Source: Negaprion brevirostris
Lineage: Eukaryota
Assembly: GCA_030324005.1 (NCBI GenBank)
Contig: JARDVH010000031.1
Coordinates: forward strand, 4,079,708 to 4,143,707
Length of the DNA stretch: 64,000 bases
Direction: 5' to 3'
Shown here: positions 38,628-52,170 of the stretch, piece after piece
How the letters are laid out: each line of letters opens with the position of its first letter
Position numbering within the stretch: position 1 is the stretch's first letter
Translations under genes and position numbers: made by a program
The notes under the pieces: model-generated
What the model was told of the DNA's origin: nothing
The model's input: only the letters and a program-made list of their open reading frames with translations
The model's database searches: none

Positions 38628-39272
38628 CTGAGAGGAGGAGGAGGAGCGGCCCTTTTGATTAGGAAAAACGTCACGGCAATTCTGAGAGGGGATACATCCG
38701 AGAGTTTGGCCCCTGAGTCTATATGGGTAGAACTGAGAAATAAGAAGGGGGAAATCCTTTTGATAGGGTTGTACTCTTGACCCCCAAATAGTTAGTGGGA
38801 AATTGAGGAGCAAATATGTAAGGAGATTACAGATAACTCCAAAAAAAAATAGGGTGGTAATGGTAGGAAATTTTAATTTTCCCAACATTGACCGGGACAA
38901 CCAAAGTATTAGAGGGCTGAATGAAGAGAAATTTGTTGAGTGTGTTCAGAAGGAATGTGGATGGCCCACCTAGAGAGGGGGCAAAACTTGACCTCTTGTT
39001 GAGAAATAAGGAAGAGCAGGTGACAGAACTATTAGCGAGGGATCGCTTTGGGATCAGTGACCATACTTCTACTAGTTTTAAGGTAACTATGGAGAATGAT
39101 AGATCTGGCCCACAAGTTAAAACTCTAAATTGAGGCAAGGCCAATTTGATGGTATCAGGCAGGAACTTTCAAAAGTTAGTTGGGGGAGTCTGTGGGAAGG
39201 CAAAGGGACGTCTGGCAAAGGGAGGCTTTCAAAAGTGTGTTAACCAGAGTTCAGGATAAGCACATTCCTCTG
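38628..39272 (+). mobile_element. CR1 LINE ORF2 endonuclease-region fragment
   Basis: ESIWVELRNKKGE, VVMVGNFNFPNID, PREGAKLDLLL, GISDH (APE endonuclease SDH motif). Confidence 0.88.
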
Positions 39273-40530
39273 TATGAGAATTGGCTTTCAAACTTTGAGC
39301 TGGAAATAACTATAAGCCTTCCAATTCTTCTATGTTGAGGTGACCTTGCTCCATGCTGTGTTTCTTGTCATTATAACCTGCTATGACCATATGTACCGGC
39401 AGTAGTGTTATTTCCTCATTATACTCACTTATTTAGACATGGTAAGACAGTATTAAGAAATTTAATATTTTGATTTTTCACTTGCTGTCATTGAACATTG
39501 CATTTGAGATGGGGTGCATCTGCTGTAATGTAGCTATCTCAGCCTGTTTCAGAAAAGGCTCTGTTCTCTTCCGTGACAGTTTTGCATGTGGTCTATTAAA
39601 AGTGGACTCATGAAAATCAAGTCATGGTTACCTAACTCTGTGATCTTAATCAAGTTGGTGATGAGGGTAACATTGTAGATATTGTGCACTTCAATTTAGA
39701 GACATTTTGTATAGAAATCTGTGGGATAAAGATAGAAAGAATTCAATGGTGAATTGGTTGGATAATTGAGAGTTGGGGCAGTAAATGTTGCAATTTGACA
39801 ACTGTGATTATTTGCTTGGAGGAGCACGCTCTAGCTCTCAATGGAAGGGCAAAACATGAGCAGGAACCATGGATTTTGTGCAGCTAAAAATCATTTTTGA
39901 CTTTGTTATAGTTGGTGATATTATACCAACAATGAGGTAGGGTACATGCACTGACTGGACACCAGATTTGTAGTGGCATGTGGAGGGCCAATGTTTTTTC
40001 CATTTTGCTCCCATTTCCTACTATAAGTAAAGAAATACTGAAATCTATTTGTGATGTCAATAGATCTCTCAACCATGCAATCATTTCACTGGAACTTGTA
40101 AAATAAATTTTGAAAATACACTCTCATGTTACAGGATAATTTATTTCACAGCACTTAATCACAGTTTAATAATGCTCTTTATGGATATTGGAAAGGTTGT
40201 GAAATAAAACCAATATTTTACACAATATAATGTAATGTTTGTGCTATATACTGTCAGATGTATATTGACGCTAAATACATTTGTTTTAAAAAATAACAAT
40301 TTGGACTTTATTTTGAAACTGAGAAAGAATGTATTGTGCATACCTCATTGTTTCCTCATTGTACTCACTCACATAAACTTGCATAATTTCTTGTGCACAA
40401 GGTTTTACATATATCACGGGGAAGTCTTAAAAATTTAAGAAACAGGCCATATAAGATGTACTGCACATCATTGTTCCAGTGAGAGATGACAGGCAAAATA
40501 GCGTTCAAATCGTCTTTTTTCTTTTTTTAG

Positions 40531-40680
40531 AATATGGCTTTTCAAGCTGATCAGAAGATAAAGACAGACATTTTGCGAGGACTGAGTACAGAGCAGCTCT
40601 TCAGATTACTCTCAGATTCAGATGTGAATGTACTAATGAAGACTCTGGGACTCCTCAGGAATCTTCTTTCCACTAGGCCT
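40531..40680 (+). CDS. ARMC8: ARMC8 exon ~17 (150 nt) [50 protein letters not shown]
   Basis: long polypyrimidine tract ending in ag|, |gtatgt donor, phase 0-0. Confidence 0.98.
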
Positions 40681-41054
40681 GTATGTATTTGTAATTTGAA
40701 TCTCAGCAGTTTTCTATTTGAACTAACCTCTCTCTGCTCCTGAGTATTGTGATGTTGAGCTGCTAAAGTGGCCTTGGTCTTTAAGATGGCCAAACTCAGG
40801 TGATTGTAGATGATTATGAAGTACTGAACTCAATCAGAGGACAATTATAACTTCATAAATTTCAGGCTCATGGTCAGTGACATTTTAATAATTTGTACCA
40901 CTAAAAAGTATGTAGCATTTTATAAAACTTCCCAAACATCATTTGGTTTGCTTTTCAGTTTTAAAGAGTGCAAACCTTTGCTTCCCTGAAGCGCTTCACT
41001 TAAATGGAACATTTATGGTTGTTAAACAAGACCCTAGACAATGGCAGGAGGTGG

Positions 41055-41205
41055 CACACCATTAGCTGACAGTGGAATCTTCTGGCCCTGTGACTGTCAA
41101 TGGGTTTCCCATTCAGTGCATCCCTTGCCACCGTGAAGCTTGTGGTGGGGATGAATTGTCAGTGGGACTGGAAGATCCTGCTGGTGTGAATGGCTGAAAT
41201 GTTGC
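41055..41205. mobile_element. Degenerate palindromic MITE-like element
   Basis: cagtggaatcttctggccctgtgac is approximately inverted against gtcagtgggactggaagatcctgctg. Confidence 0.5.
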
Positions 41206-43691
41206 NNNNNNNNNNNNNNNNNNNNNNNNNNNNNNNNNNNNNNNNNNNNNNNNNNNNNNNNNNNNNNNNNNNNNNNNNNNNNNNNNNNNNNNNNNNNNNN
41301 NNNNNCCTGCTGGTGTGAATGTCTGAAATGTTGCAGGCATTATCTTTTATGTATTTGCAGATAGCCAAATGTTTGTAGGAGTGTACTGAAATTATAAATA
41401 TTTGTTAATATTATTTCTAGGAGAGGTTTAATTCTTTGGTTCTGGAGAATATTAGATCTATTATTGTCTTGACATATAAAAATGGATTGCATTCACTCTT
41501 GAATTTCAGAAGCAATTATTTCCCACATAATGCATGAGAAACTAATTTTATTTCGGCATTGTCTTTTCTCTACCCCTTACTCATTTGAGCCTGTTTGTGT
41601 CATGTTATCTGACCTAAGACAGGCATGCAATTTATTTCCATGACTTTCACCAATATTGTTATGAAACTTCTTGAGATTAGAAGGGCATGACTAGGAAACA
41701 TTTATTTTTCAATCCTGTACTCACCACCTGTTCAAATTGATAAGCCCCCATAAAGACAGGCATACTGACAACCTACAAATTCATGCTGCCACTGATCGAG
41801 ATTCCAGTGTTATTCAGAAAATATTATTGCAGCAGTAGTTGGTAAGTACCCATGTGAAATCTGATCTTTAGTACATTAAGATGCTTAATAATAATAGCTT
41901 TGAACCTCTTTGTAGAATGGCATTTGCATTATTGAGAAGCCCTATAAAAGAAATATTGTTAATAAGACCTCGTAGTTCAGAACTCCATAGAAATTACATA
42001 AAGGAAAATGGGCAACATCTTATCAATCCTGTAGTGGTCTGAACTTTTCAACTGGAGCTTCTTATTCTAATCCTACTTTTCTACCCTTTCCTTGTATATT
42101 TCTACAGTAGGTCATGGCACGTAAGTAGACATGACACGTAAGATAATATTTTCAGTGCCAAATGTATATCGTATAAGTTGACTCCCTTCTCCTTCAGCTA
42201 ACAAATTTTCTTTGGCCAAGTGGATTGTACAAGTTTCAAAAAGATCAATTATAAAAATGTTTTTGAAATACTAGATGACTGGATGAGTTCTGTCACACCA
42301 TTTGCTGAAACCTTTCATGTCACATTTGAGCATACACAAAATTCCCTGCAGTTCTCTTACTGTGACCCAACCAATGTTGTGCCAATTCAACAGCACTTAC
42401 TTTCCAGTTCACTGCAAGAAATAAAAAAAAAAATCCTGTTTGTAATGGTTCAATCAATTTTAAAAAGTCACTGTAGAATTTATTAATATAAATAAAAAAT
42501 TGAATTGAATGAGGAAAAAATGTGAGCAAAAGACCTTAACTCCCCTTTTACTTCATGTTTCATCATTGTTTATTTTTTGCACTGTCTAGAATGAAATACT
42601 GTCAATTATGTCAGGCCTCATTTGGAGTACTGTGCGCAGTTCTGGTCGCCTCACTATAGGAAAGACGTAGAAGCTATTGAAAGGGNNNNNNNNNNNNNNN
42701 NNNNNNNNNNNNNNNNNNNNNNNNNNNNNNNNNNNNNNNNNNNNNNNNNNNNNNNNNNNNNNNNNNNNNNNNNNNNNNNGGAAAAGAAAAACACATGACA
42801 AGACTAATATATAGTATGGCACAAGTGTGTTAATAACTAAACACAGTTTTACCTGAAGTTGCCTCTTGCTCCCAAAATCTACCCATGTTCCCTGAACTTA
42901 CTAAGATACCCCTTTTCTAAGCAACGTCCATTTCACATCCAGCTCAGTACCACACAATACAGCTTAGTTGACCAAGACTGTGAAAGTTCTTTTGCAAAAT
43001 GAAGGTACAAAGCTACATCTTTTAGAAGAGAATATCGGCAATCTGCTGTGGCTTTAAAGGTTAGATGGAACAGGTCTTCGTGTCTTTGATCACAGATGGA
43101 ACTGGCCTGCTGATGATTTTGGCCTGCCTGGCTGTTGGGTAGAAGCTTCCTTCTCCAATAAGAGTGCTAACAATTATACTTATAGCTGCTTTGATATCCA
43201 CCCTGTGGATTCACCTTTATCTCTCAAAATCCTTGCCTTTAGATGTTAGCAATTTTGTATAACCCCACTGATTTCCAGTACACAATGCTTCTGATATGGC
43301 AATTCACACCCCAATTTCTCTAGATGCTTGCTAATCTTGTTACTGGGCAAACCGCATCTCAGTACTTCACTAGAAGCCTATAAGTCATATTGCTTGTCAT
43401 TTGTTTTCATCTCAAGTTCACTGTTAACCTAATTAACTTGCAAATTTCTAATACCTATTGCAGAATTATGAAGTTCAAGTTTATGCGAGGAATAATTTTG
43501 GTTAAAGGTTATCTCCTCAAATCTACAGCAGGTTATGTTGCCTTTTGCAGTTTTAATTTCATCAGTGCTGTGCACACCCATCAATCAGTGTCACATTTAC
43601 TCTGTGATGTTATATGAAGTAATTAAATGTTGAAGAAGGTCTGCTTGCCTTAACTTTGAAAATATATAATGTGACTCTGTTTTATTGCTAG

Positions 43692-43787
43692 CACATAGAC
43701 CAGATAATGAGCACTCATGGAAAACAGATAATGCAAGCTGTGACCCTCATCCTTGAAGGAGAGCATAACATTGAAGTTAAAGAGCAG
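43692..43787 (+). CDS. ARMC8: ARMC8 exon ~18 (96 nt) [32 protein letters not shown]
   Basis: ttattgctag| acceptor, |gtaagt donor, phase 0-0. Confidence 0.97.
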
Positions 43788-45157
43788 GTAAGTTTCATTT
43801 TTCTTGGACATATTTACTTTACATGCTGGAACATTTTCATTTGAATGTCTATGTTGTTTATATTGTCAATGCAAACAACCTGCAATTTATGCTTTTGGAA
43901 TGCATTATCAAGCATGAATTGGATATTAAAGCTAACTTTACAGGGGTTTGACGTATTACATGTGCAGTGTACTTGCTATTTGTGGGTTGAATGTAGATTC
44001 CATGTTCTTTTAAGAATAGGGAAAATGGTAGTTTCAGCTCTTCCTTATCTCTTCTTTCCTTCTGTCTACCATCAGTGGCAAGGCTTTCAAATATCTTGAC
44101 CTCACACTCTGGAACTCTTTCCCTAAGCATCACTCACTGTCTTTTTACTTCCATCTCTGCCTTCAAAAGTTTCCTCAGAAACTATTTCTTTAGCATTCCT
44201 ATTGTTATCCGCATAAATTCTTCTGCTACACTTGCATCAATTTTTGCCTCTGTAAATGATTTTGGACTTGTATTGGGCTGAAGGCATTAGGTAATTGCAC
44301 ATTGTATATTTATATACAATCTGCAGGCAGATTGAAAAAGATAGTTTTATTTCTAGATTATATAATGACCACTTATTGCAACATATATTATTGATAATGC
44401 AAGCGACGCTGCAGAAAACAAACTGGATCTTCAGGGTTATTCAATAATGTTTCAACATAGATTTGCAGAAGAAAAATTGAAATTGTCCAGGACCTATACA
44501 TTGTACATGTCACTTTCTCTGGTGAATTTGAAGTGGCTGTTAGCATTTTGAGTGTGTGCATTCTTATCCTTGCTGTCTTTTGCAAAAATTGAATAGGAAT
44601 AAGAGCATTAAGTTATCTTCTTTTAGGACTCGGTGTAAATGTGATTTATTGGAATTTTTTGTTTTGTTTCTCTGCCTGCGAAAGCATTGAAAATTTATTC
44701 TGCATGTTTTTAAATGAGGTGAGGGACCTGAGGGGAATAAAACCTATTAGTAATTGTGTTTGGAGCAGATATTTTTAATACTGGCTGGATTTATCTATGT
44801 TTACTTTTCAAAACAAATTGGATCTAATTTGGATAGTGCAACCTGATTATTTTTCAAAATGTGTATCTTGCTGCTAAATAGAGCTCAAAATATTATGATG
44901 ATAGTGTTTAAATGATTTTGCATTCATTGCAGGCTTACCTATACATATCAGATTGCAAGTTCTCTTTCAGTAGAAGTAATACCCTTGTAGAAATAATAGA
45001 CTATTTCCATTTTATCGTCATTGATTCCACAGTTACTATGGATGCAATGACAGGACATATAGTCCTGCCTTTATTGATAATTAATAAATCTGTTTTCAAG
45101 AATCTCGCTGCTCAGCTTATTTCTGGATCTAATTGATGCGATCTCTTTAAAATTTGG

Positions 45158-45439
45158 AAGTTTATTTATTAGTGTCACAAGTAGGCTTACATTAACACTG
45201 CAATGAAGTTACTGTGGAAATTCCCTCTTTGCCACACTCTGGAATCTGTTGGGTATACTGAGGGAGAATTTAGTATGACCAATGCATCTAACCAGCACAT
45301 CTTTCGGAATGTGGGAGGAAACCCACACAGACATGGGGAGAATGTGCAGGCTGCACACAGTCACCCAAGCTGGGAATGGAGCCCAGGTCCCTGGCGCTGT
45401 GAGGCAGCAGTGTTAACCACTGTGCCACCTTGCCGCCCC
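45158..45439 (-). mobile_element. V-SINE (HE1-related head, different tail), near full length
   Basis: Reverse strand: gggcggcaaggtggcacagtggttaacactgctgcctcacagcgccagggacctggg... ending tgacactaataaataaac. Confidence 0.88.
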
Positions 45440-45994
45440 TGCAGAAAAATAAGCAAATGTTGCATTACAAAATCTGTTTTGTACTTTTATTTAAATTTCT
45501 GGTTGACATTAATGACTGCCCTCTTAGCCAGTTTTTATTCTCTAGTCTCTGTGTCAGGACTAATTCATTCTGGATGTTTCATAGTCACTAAGTCAAAGGA
45601 AGCGTTAAAAGTAGTTATTGAAACATGGGTGATAAAATTTATGTCCGTCAACTTGATGTGAAGATGAAACATAATATGTGACAAGTCTGTCACTCCTGAG
45701 CAATGTACAGCACATTTGTTGATACGGTTTGGACCTGCTTGGGGTCTAGTCTGAAAGCAAATATAGAGCCATTTTGGTGATTTTATTTGACAGCTGGGAT
45801 GTGGCTCTTATTAATGTGTGGTTATAGGTTATAACAATTATGTGCTGACACTATGCAGTTAAACTAAGGGAAGAAAGAGAAACTCACCATTTGTTTTAGA
45901 AAGAATTATTACATCAAATGCTAATGTTTTTAATAGCTTTTCATTTAAGATACTATTCTGAATTATGGGCAAGATTACTTCAAAAATAGCATTG

Positions 45995-46340
45995 GAGAGA
46001 GTAAAGAAAATGACAGCAAAGGAACAGGTTCTTTGGCCCTCCAAGCCTGCACCAACCATGCTGCCTGACTGAACTAAAGCCCCATATCCTTCCAGGGACC
46101 ATATTCCTCTAGTCCCAGCCGATTCATGTGTTTGTCAAGCTGCCCCTTAAATGGTACTATTGTATTTCCAGGGACCCATCATCTGTGTGAAAAAAAAAAC
46201 TTGCCTTGTACATTTTCTTTAAGCCTTGCCCCTCGTACCTTAAACCTATGCCCCTTATAATTGACTCTTCCACCTTGGGAAAAAGCTTCCGACTGTCCTC
46301 TCTGTCCATGCCCCTCAGAATCTTGTATTCTTCTATCAGA
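45995..46340 (-). mobile_element. CR1 LINE 3' end
   Basis: aaaggaacaggttctttggccctccaagcctgcacc tail plus reverse C-terminal ORF2 sequence. Confidence 0.8.
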
Positions 46341-47916
46341 TTATGTTAGGATAAAAGTTCTCCGTGCATAAATGTGCTAGTGGAATTTGAGCTGTAACTG
46401 AATTTACCCAGTTTGTGCTCCAATAGCATGCCAACAAAAATTGTTGACCTGTTGATTCTTGCACTTACACAAACTGTACAAGAGGATTTGCAAACCCTGA
46501 AAAGCAAACTGACTAACATACAAAATTCTGAAATTTATACCCCCAGTGGTGGCACTGAGCACACTAATTAGGACTAAATTTTGGGGACCAGTTTTTTGGC
46601 TTCAAAGAATTGTAATTAACCTGAATGTGTGGAATTCACTACCACAGAATGTAGTTGAGGGCAAAAGTTGTCTGATTTCGAGAAGAAATTAGATCCAGCT
46701 CTTGGGGCTAAAAGGATACGAGAGGAAGATCGTATTGTACATCAGAGCAGCAAGCTGCACATGCCTGTTGGGTATCCCCAGTTAGCTCAGTAAAGACCAT
46801 TTTAATTACAAGTTCCTTGAATGACTCTTGGGTAGGATTTGAAAGACAAGGGTTGACCTAGAATTGGGGGGGTTAGTGACCAGGAAGGAGGAGAAGGTAG
46901 CAATCAGCAATGGGGATAACCTTTGTTTTAACGCAATCCTTCACCACCTCATTATATGTTTAGGCAAGTATTTTTACCTTTTTCAAAACAGGCTCACAGT
47001 AGTCCCTTTTGATGAGTATTGCTTAAGCAATGTTGTTCTTGGTAGCTGAATTCAGAGCAACCAATTGTATAAAGAGAGTAAAGTAGACATCAGGCTTCTT
47101 ACTGGTAGATGCAAAGATGCATATTTGGGACACAGGCCCTGGTGCCTCTTACGATGCCGATACCAATGTTGCATATGGACATCTGCCCCAGAATGAATAT
47201 GCATTGTTTGTACTGTTGGATACCTAAAAAGTAGGCTGGTCATCACTGATTTAACCTCATGTCATAAATGACTGTTTTTTGGATAGCCAGAATTTGGATA
47301 ATGTACATGTAGTAATAACAAAACAGAACAGGAGGAAGTGATTCAGGTAATGTTCCCTCCAGGCTGCAGGGCCAATGCAGCAACTTGAAAGTTCCTGCAC
47401 AGTCAGCCTTTATAAATTACTTCGCAAAAAACAAATCAACCACGTACTCGGAAAACAAATAGGGTGAGCGTTGCTGTCCCAGTCTGCAAGAGGTTGGTCA
47501 TGCGTCTAATTGGGCTAAGCAAGTAGAGATGCCATTGATCGTGAAAGAATTATAGAACCCACTGGAAGTGATATCATATTTTTGGAATAATATACTGTGA
47601 CCTGCTACCCACTGGAAATCCTTGAATAACCTAAGTTATAATTCAAGCCTCCGACTGACACATACGGTGTGAAGGAATGACTACATTACTGCAACGTTGG
47701 AAACTACAGTTTGCCTCCTTGTCTGTTTGCATATTTATACATTTCTTGCTCAAGCAGCTTTTTTGCTTAAGATTAAAAGTACAGGTAACAAATGTTTGAT
47801 TCCTTGTAACATTAAAAAAAATCATTATTAAGTGATAAAATGCCACAAGATTAATTCAGCTAAAAGACAAAACGGTACTATTTGAATAAAAGCAAATTAG
47901 TTTTCCCAATTACCCT

Positions 47917-48134
47917 AAATACTGCAATGCTGGAAATCTAAAACAGAAACACAAAAAATCCTGGAAACGGTGGGTGGATCAGGCAGCATTAGTAAAGAAA
48001 GGAAGAAAGTTAATGTTTGAGACTCAGTCCTTCAGGATTCTAATGAAGAGCTAAACCTGCAGTGTGAACATTCTTCCTTGCTTTATAAACTCTGCCCAAT
48101 TTGCTAACTGGGACTTTGTTCTTATTTTTATTTT
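47917..48134. mobile_element. Penelope-associated inverted-arm repeat with a decayed hammerhead-like core
   Basis: aaatactgcaatgctggaaatctaaaacagaaac...ggatcaggcagcat...gttaatgttt resembles a common chondrichthyan repeat; core reads ctaatgaagag...acctgcag. Confidence 0.5.
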
Positions 48135-48214
48135 CCCTGTTGGTTCCTCAACATTCAACCAACACCATCACAAAAACAGCTTAACCCGTCATTTACTGTT
48201 TGCTATAATCACAT

Positions 48215-48643
48215 CAGATGATGTGTGGGTAAGGTGGATTGGCCATGCTAAATTGCCCATTAATGTCAGGGTAAATGCGTGGGGTTATAGGGATAGGGCC
48301 TGGGTGGGATTGTTACAGAACGTCGAGGGCTGAAGGGCCTGTACTGTTCTATGTTGTGCTGAGCTATGTCTGAACCCAAGATCAAGTTATCCCACTCCCT
48401 ATCATTCTGGGTCCAAGTGCCAATCCAATATCCGCTTGAAAGTTCCTAAAGTGTCTGACTCCACTATCACAGCAGGCAGTGCATTCCGCACCCCAACCAC
48501 TATCTGAGTAAAGAATCTACCTCGGACATCGCTCCTAAATCTTCCACCATGAACCTTATAGTTATGCCCCTAGTAACAGCTACATCCACCCGAGGAAATA
48601 GTCTCTGCACGTCCACTCTATCTATCCCCCTCATCATCTTATA
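48215..48643. mobile_element. HE1 SINE 3' half (+) joined to a CR1 3' fragment (-) running into the gap
   Basis: ggtggattggccatgctaaattgccc; minus-strand peptide YKMMRGIDRVDVQRLFPRV. Confidence 0.8.
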
Positions 48644-49880
48644 NNNNNNNNNNNNNNNNNNNNNNNNNNNNNNNNNNNNNNNNNNNNNNNNNNNNNNNNN
48701 NNNNNNNNNNNNNNNNNNNNNNNNNNNNNNNNNNNNNNNNNNNNNNNNNNNNNNNNNNNNNNNNNNNNNNNNNNNNNNNNNNNNNNNNNNNNNNNNNNNN
48801 NNNNNNNNNNNNNNNNNNNNNNNNNNNNNNNNNNNNNNNNNNNNNNNNNNNNNNNNNNNNNNNNNNNNNNNNNNNNNNNNNNNNNNNNNNNNNNNNNNNN
48901 NNNNNNNNNNNNNNNNNNNNNNNNNNNNNNNNNNNNNNNNNNNNNNNNNNNNNNNNNNNNNNNNNNNNNNNNNNNNNNNNNNNNNNNNNNNNNNNNNNNN
49001 NNNNNNNNNNNNNNNNNNNNNNNNNNNNNNNNNNNNNNNNNNNNNNNNNNNNNNNNNNNNNNNNNNNNNNNNNNNNNNNNNNNNNNNNNNNNNNNNNNNN
49101 NNNNNNNNNNNNNNNNNNNNNNNNNNNNNNNNNNNNNNNNNNNNNNNNNNNNNNNNNNNNNNNNNNNNNNNNNNNNNNNNNNNNNNNNNNNNNNNNNNNN
49201 NNNNNNNNNNNNNNNNNNNNNNNNNNNNNNNNNNNNNNNNNNNNNNNNNNNNNNNNNNNNNNNNNNNNNNNNNNNNNNNNNNNNNNNNNNNNNNNNNNNN
49301 NNNNNNNNNNNNNNNNNNNNNNNNNNNNNNNNNNNNNNNNNNNNNNNNNNNNNNNNNNNNNNNNNNNNNNNNNNNNNGTGAGCCTGCAGAAATTGTTGAA
49401 TGGGAAACATAATCTTTTTTTCTGTAATTTTTACCATTTGACCACTGCCTCAGTTGCTGCTCTGCATGATACAGTACCATATTGAACAGTGCATTTACCC
49501 ACTAAACATTGACCTTCCCTGTGATATCGGTCTTTAAATTTAACTTTTATTGGTTTAAAAAGTAGAAAGTCAGCTTGGATTTGTTGTTCTTCCTATGCTC
49601 ATTTATTCAGTGATGCAAACTGTTGAATCATTCAATACATTGGAGTTTTCTTACAGTAACATTGCACTGTATTACGTGGCTGACATTAGGAGATCTTGAC
49701 AAAGTGTTTTGCTCTGTTTGATCTGTTGCTTGCGTTCTGATTTTTATCTAGATAATCACTCGATAGGCAAACTGGTAGAATCACTTATAGTTGTCCCCAA
49801 CTAATAGTTTGTATAAGTTTGATGCTGACAGTATGCAGTCATACCAGGTCGGTGCAAAAGAATTTGCTGTGTTTCAAAAT

Positions 49881-49896
49881 CCACCAGATGGTGCTA
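49881..49896 (+). promoter_or_regulatory. Candidate CTCF motif CCACCAGATGGTGCTA
   Basis: Close match to the CTCF core consensus in non-repeat intronic DNA; motif match only. Confidence 0.3.
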
Positions 49897-50184
49897 ATTA
49901 ACTAATGTTTATGCGCTTTGTGGCAAAATGGAGTTATATGTTCAGATAAAATTGTTATCACCACTGAACATGTTGTTTTGATGCATGTTTAGAGAAGAAT
50001 GAGTAATGTTATAAATAAGTGAGACAGTATTATGAGTTCCAAGTAGTCTACAGATTAACTAAAATATCAGATGGTACCACAACAGTTTGGGGTATGGATA
50101 TAGAGCAGGAATTTTATCCTGGGTTGAATTACCAATCTCAGCCGTGTGCCTTGGCATTGGGAGACCAATGAAAGTACAAGGAAT

Positions 50185-52170
50185 TGAAATAACAGCAACG
50201 TGTATTTATATAGCAGAGTTAATATAGTAAAATATCCCAAGATGCTTAACTGGGGCACTGTCAAACAGAATTTGACTCCAAACTCCCGGTATTATCATGT
50301 TGGGGTACTTCCCTATCTTGAGCAAAGAGATCAGTTCTAAGGTGTTTTTAAAGGTGAAAGTATTATTAGGGAGGGACATTCAGAACTTAGAGACTTGGCA
50401 GGTGACGGTGTAGCAATTAAAACCAGGAATGCTCAGGGGCCAGAATTAGATGAGAATGAATATCATGGAGGGTTGTGTAGCTAGAGGAGATTACAGAGAT
50501 GGGGAAAGCAAAACATTGCTGAACCAGGAGCCAGATTATATCAGCTGACGTGGGATTGGTGGACAAACAGGATTTGCTGCGGGTTCGCACACAAACAGCA
50601 GAGCTTTGGATGGTGTCAAGTTTACAGAGGTTGAAACTTGGAGGAATATGGTGGAATGGGTCAAGTCTAAGAATGACATAAATCAGAGTTTCAATAACGG
50701 ATGAGCTGAGGCAGGAATGGAGTCAGGTAATGTTATGAAAGTGGAATTAGGTGGTCTTAGTGATGGTGTGGTCGGAAACTCATCTCAGAATTAAATATGA
50801 CACAAGGGTTCAGTCTGGCTCAGCCTCACATGGATGTCAGGAAAAGAAATGGAGTCTGTGGCCAGGGAGCAGAATTTGTGGCGGGACCTGAATTTCCTCC
50901 AACTAAATATTTGGGAAGACTGAAGACAATGCCTTTGGTCTTCCCAATATTTAATTGAAGGAAATATTTACTTAAATAGTGTTGGATGTTGTATAAATCG
51001 TCAGATAGTTTAACAAGTTGGTGGATGTGATGAGGCGGAGCTGGGTGTCATTAGGTTATATGTGATGTGGCTTTGGATGATACTGCTTAAGGACAACATA
51101 AATGAGGAACACGTGGAGTACAAAGATAGATTGTTCGGGCATATGATGGATAATGTGTGAACGGGAAGAGAAATAAATACAGGTGGTTCTCTGGCTATGA
51201 CTGGAGGGAAAAGAATGGAACCAAGTAAGTGTAATTCCACCCAGCTGGATGATGATGCAGAGGCATTGGAGGAGGTTGACGTGATCAATTATGTGAGAGA
51301 CTGCAAACAGATTGAGAAGGATGACGAGGGATGACTTTGTCACAGCCTCAGGCTGACATTTATGACTTTGAGAGCTGTCTTGGAAGTATGACAGAGGTAA
51401 AAACCTGATTAGAGGGACTTGAATGTGGAGTTCCAAGAAAGGTGGACATGGATTTGGGAGGCAACATGTAGAAGNNNNNNNNNNNNNNNNNNNNNNNNNN
51501 NNGGGGGGCGGGGGGGTTGCAGTGGTGTGTGACAGCCATTGATCACATCAATTAACATGGGAGCCAGGAAGGGAAGTTGGGTTGTCAGTGGGAGTAGAGT
51601 CCAGGGAACAAGAGGTGGAGGTTATGGACAAGGTGAGCTCAGAGAGTGCATGAGCAAGAAAGGAGAGAAACTTGGGAAAGATGCAAATTCAGTGCTAGGG
51701 CTGTGGGGAGCTTTACAGGAAGTTAGGCCCATTGATCTCAGGGAAGAAAGGAGGTGGCAGATGGTTTAGATGTTCTCAATCTTAGAGACAAGTCATAGAA
51801 TCCCTACAGTAAAAAAGAGCTATTTGGCCCATCGAGTCTGTACCGATCACAATCCTACCCAGGCCCTGTACCCGTAACATATCTACCTTGCCAATCCCCC
51901 TGACACTAAAGTCAGTTTAGCATGGCCAATCAACCTAACCTGCACATCTTTGGACTGTGAGAAGAAACTGGAGCACCCCTGAAGGAAACCCATGCAGACA
52001 CGGGGACAAAGTGCAAACTCCATATAGACAGTGGCCAAGACCAGAATTGAACCTGGGTGCAGCAGTGCTAACCACTGTGGAGGAGGCGGGCATGGGATTT
52101 AAGAAAATGGTTTGCAGTAGACAAAAAAAATCTGGGGCATCTTTACATTCCAGGATGATTGTGGATTAAT
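50185..52170 (-). mobile_element. L2-type LINE, decayed, ~1.7 kb plus nested SINE
   Basis: Purine-rich + strand; L2-like tail (aacagcaacgtgtatttatatagc); gagctgggtgtcatt is the reverse of the (Y)ADDTQL motif. Confidence 0.75.
51794..52079 (-). mobile_element. HE1 SINE, near full length, nested in L2
   Basis: catagaatccctacagt tail, tttagcatggccaatcaacctaacctgcacatctttggactgtg V-domain, gcagtgctaaccactgtg head. Confidence 0.9.
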
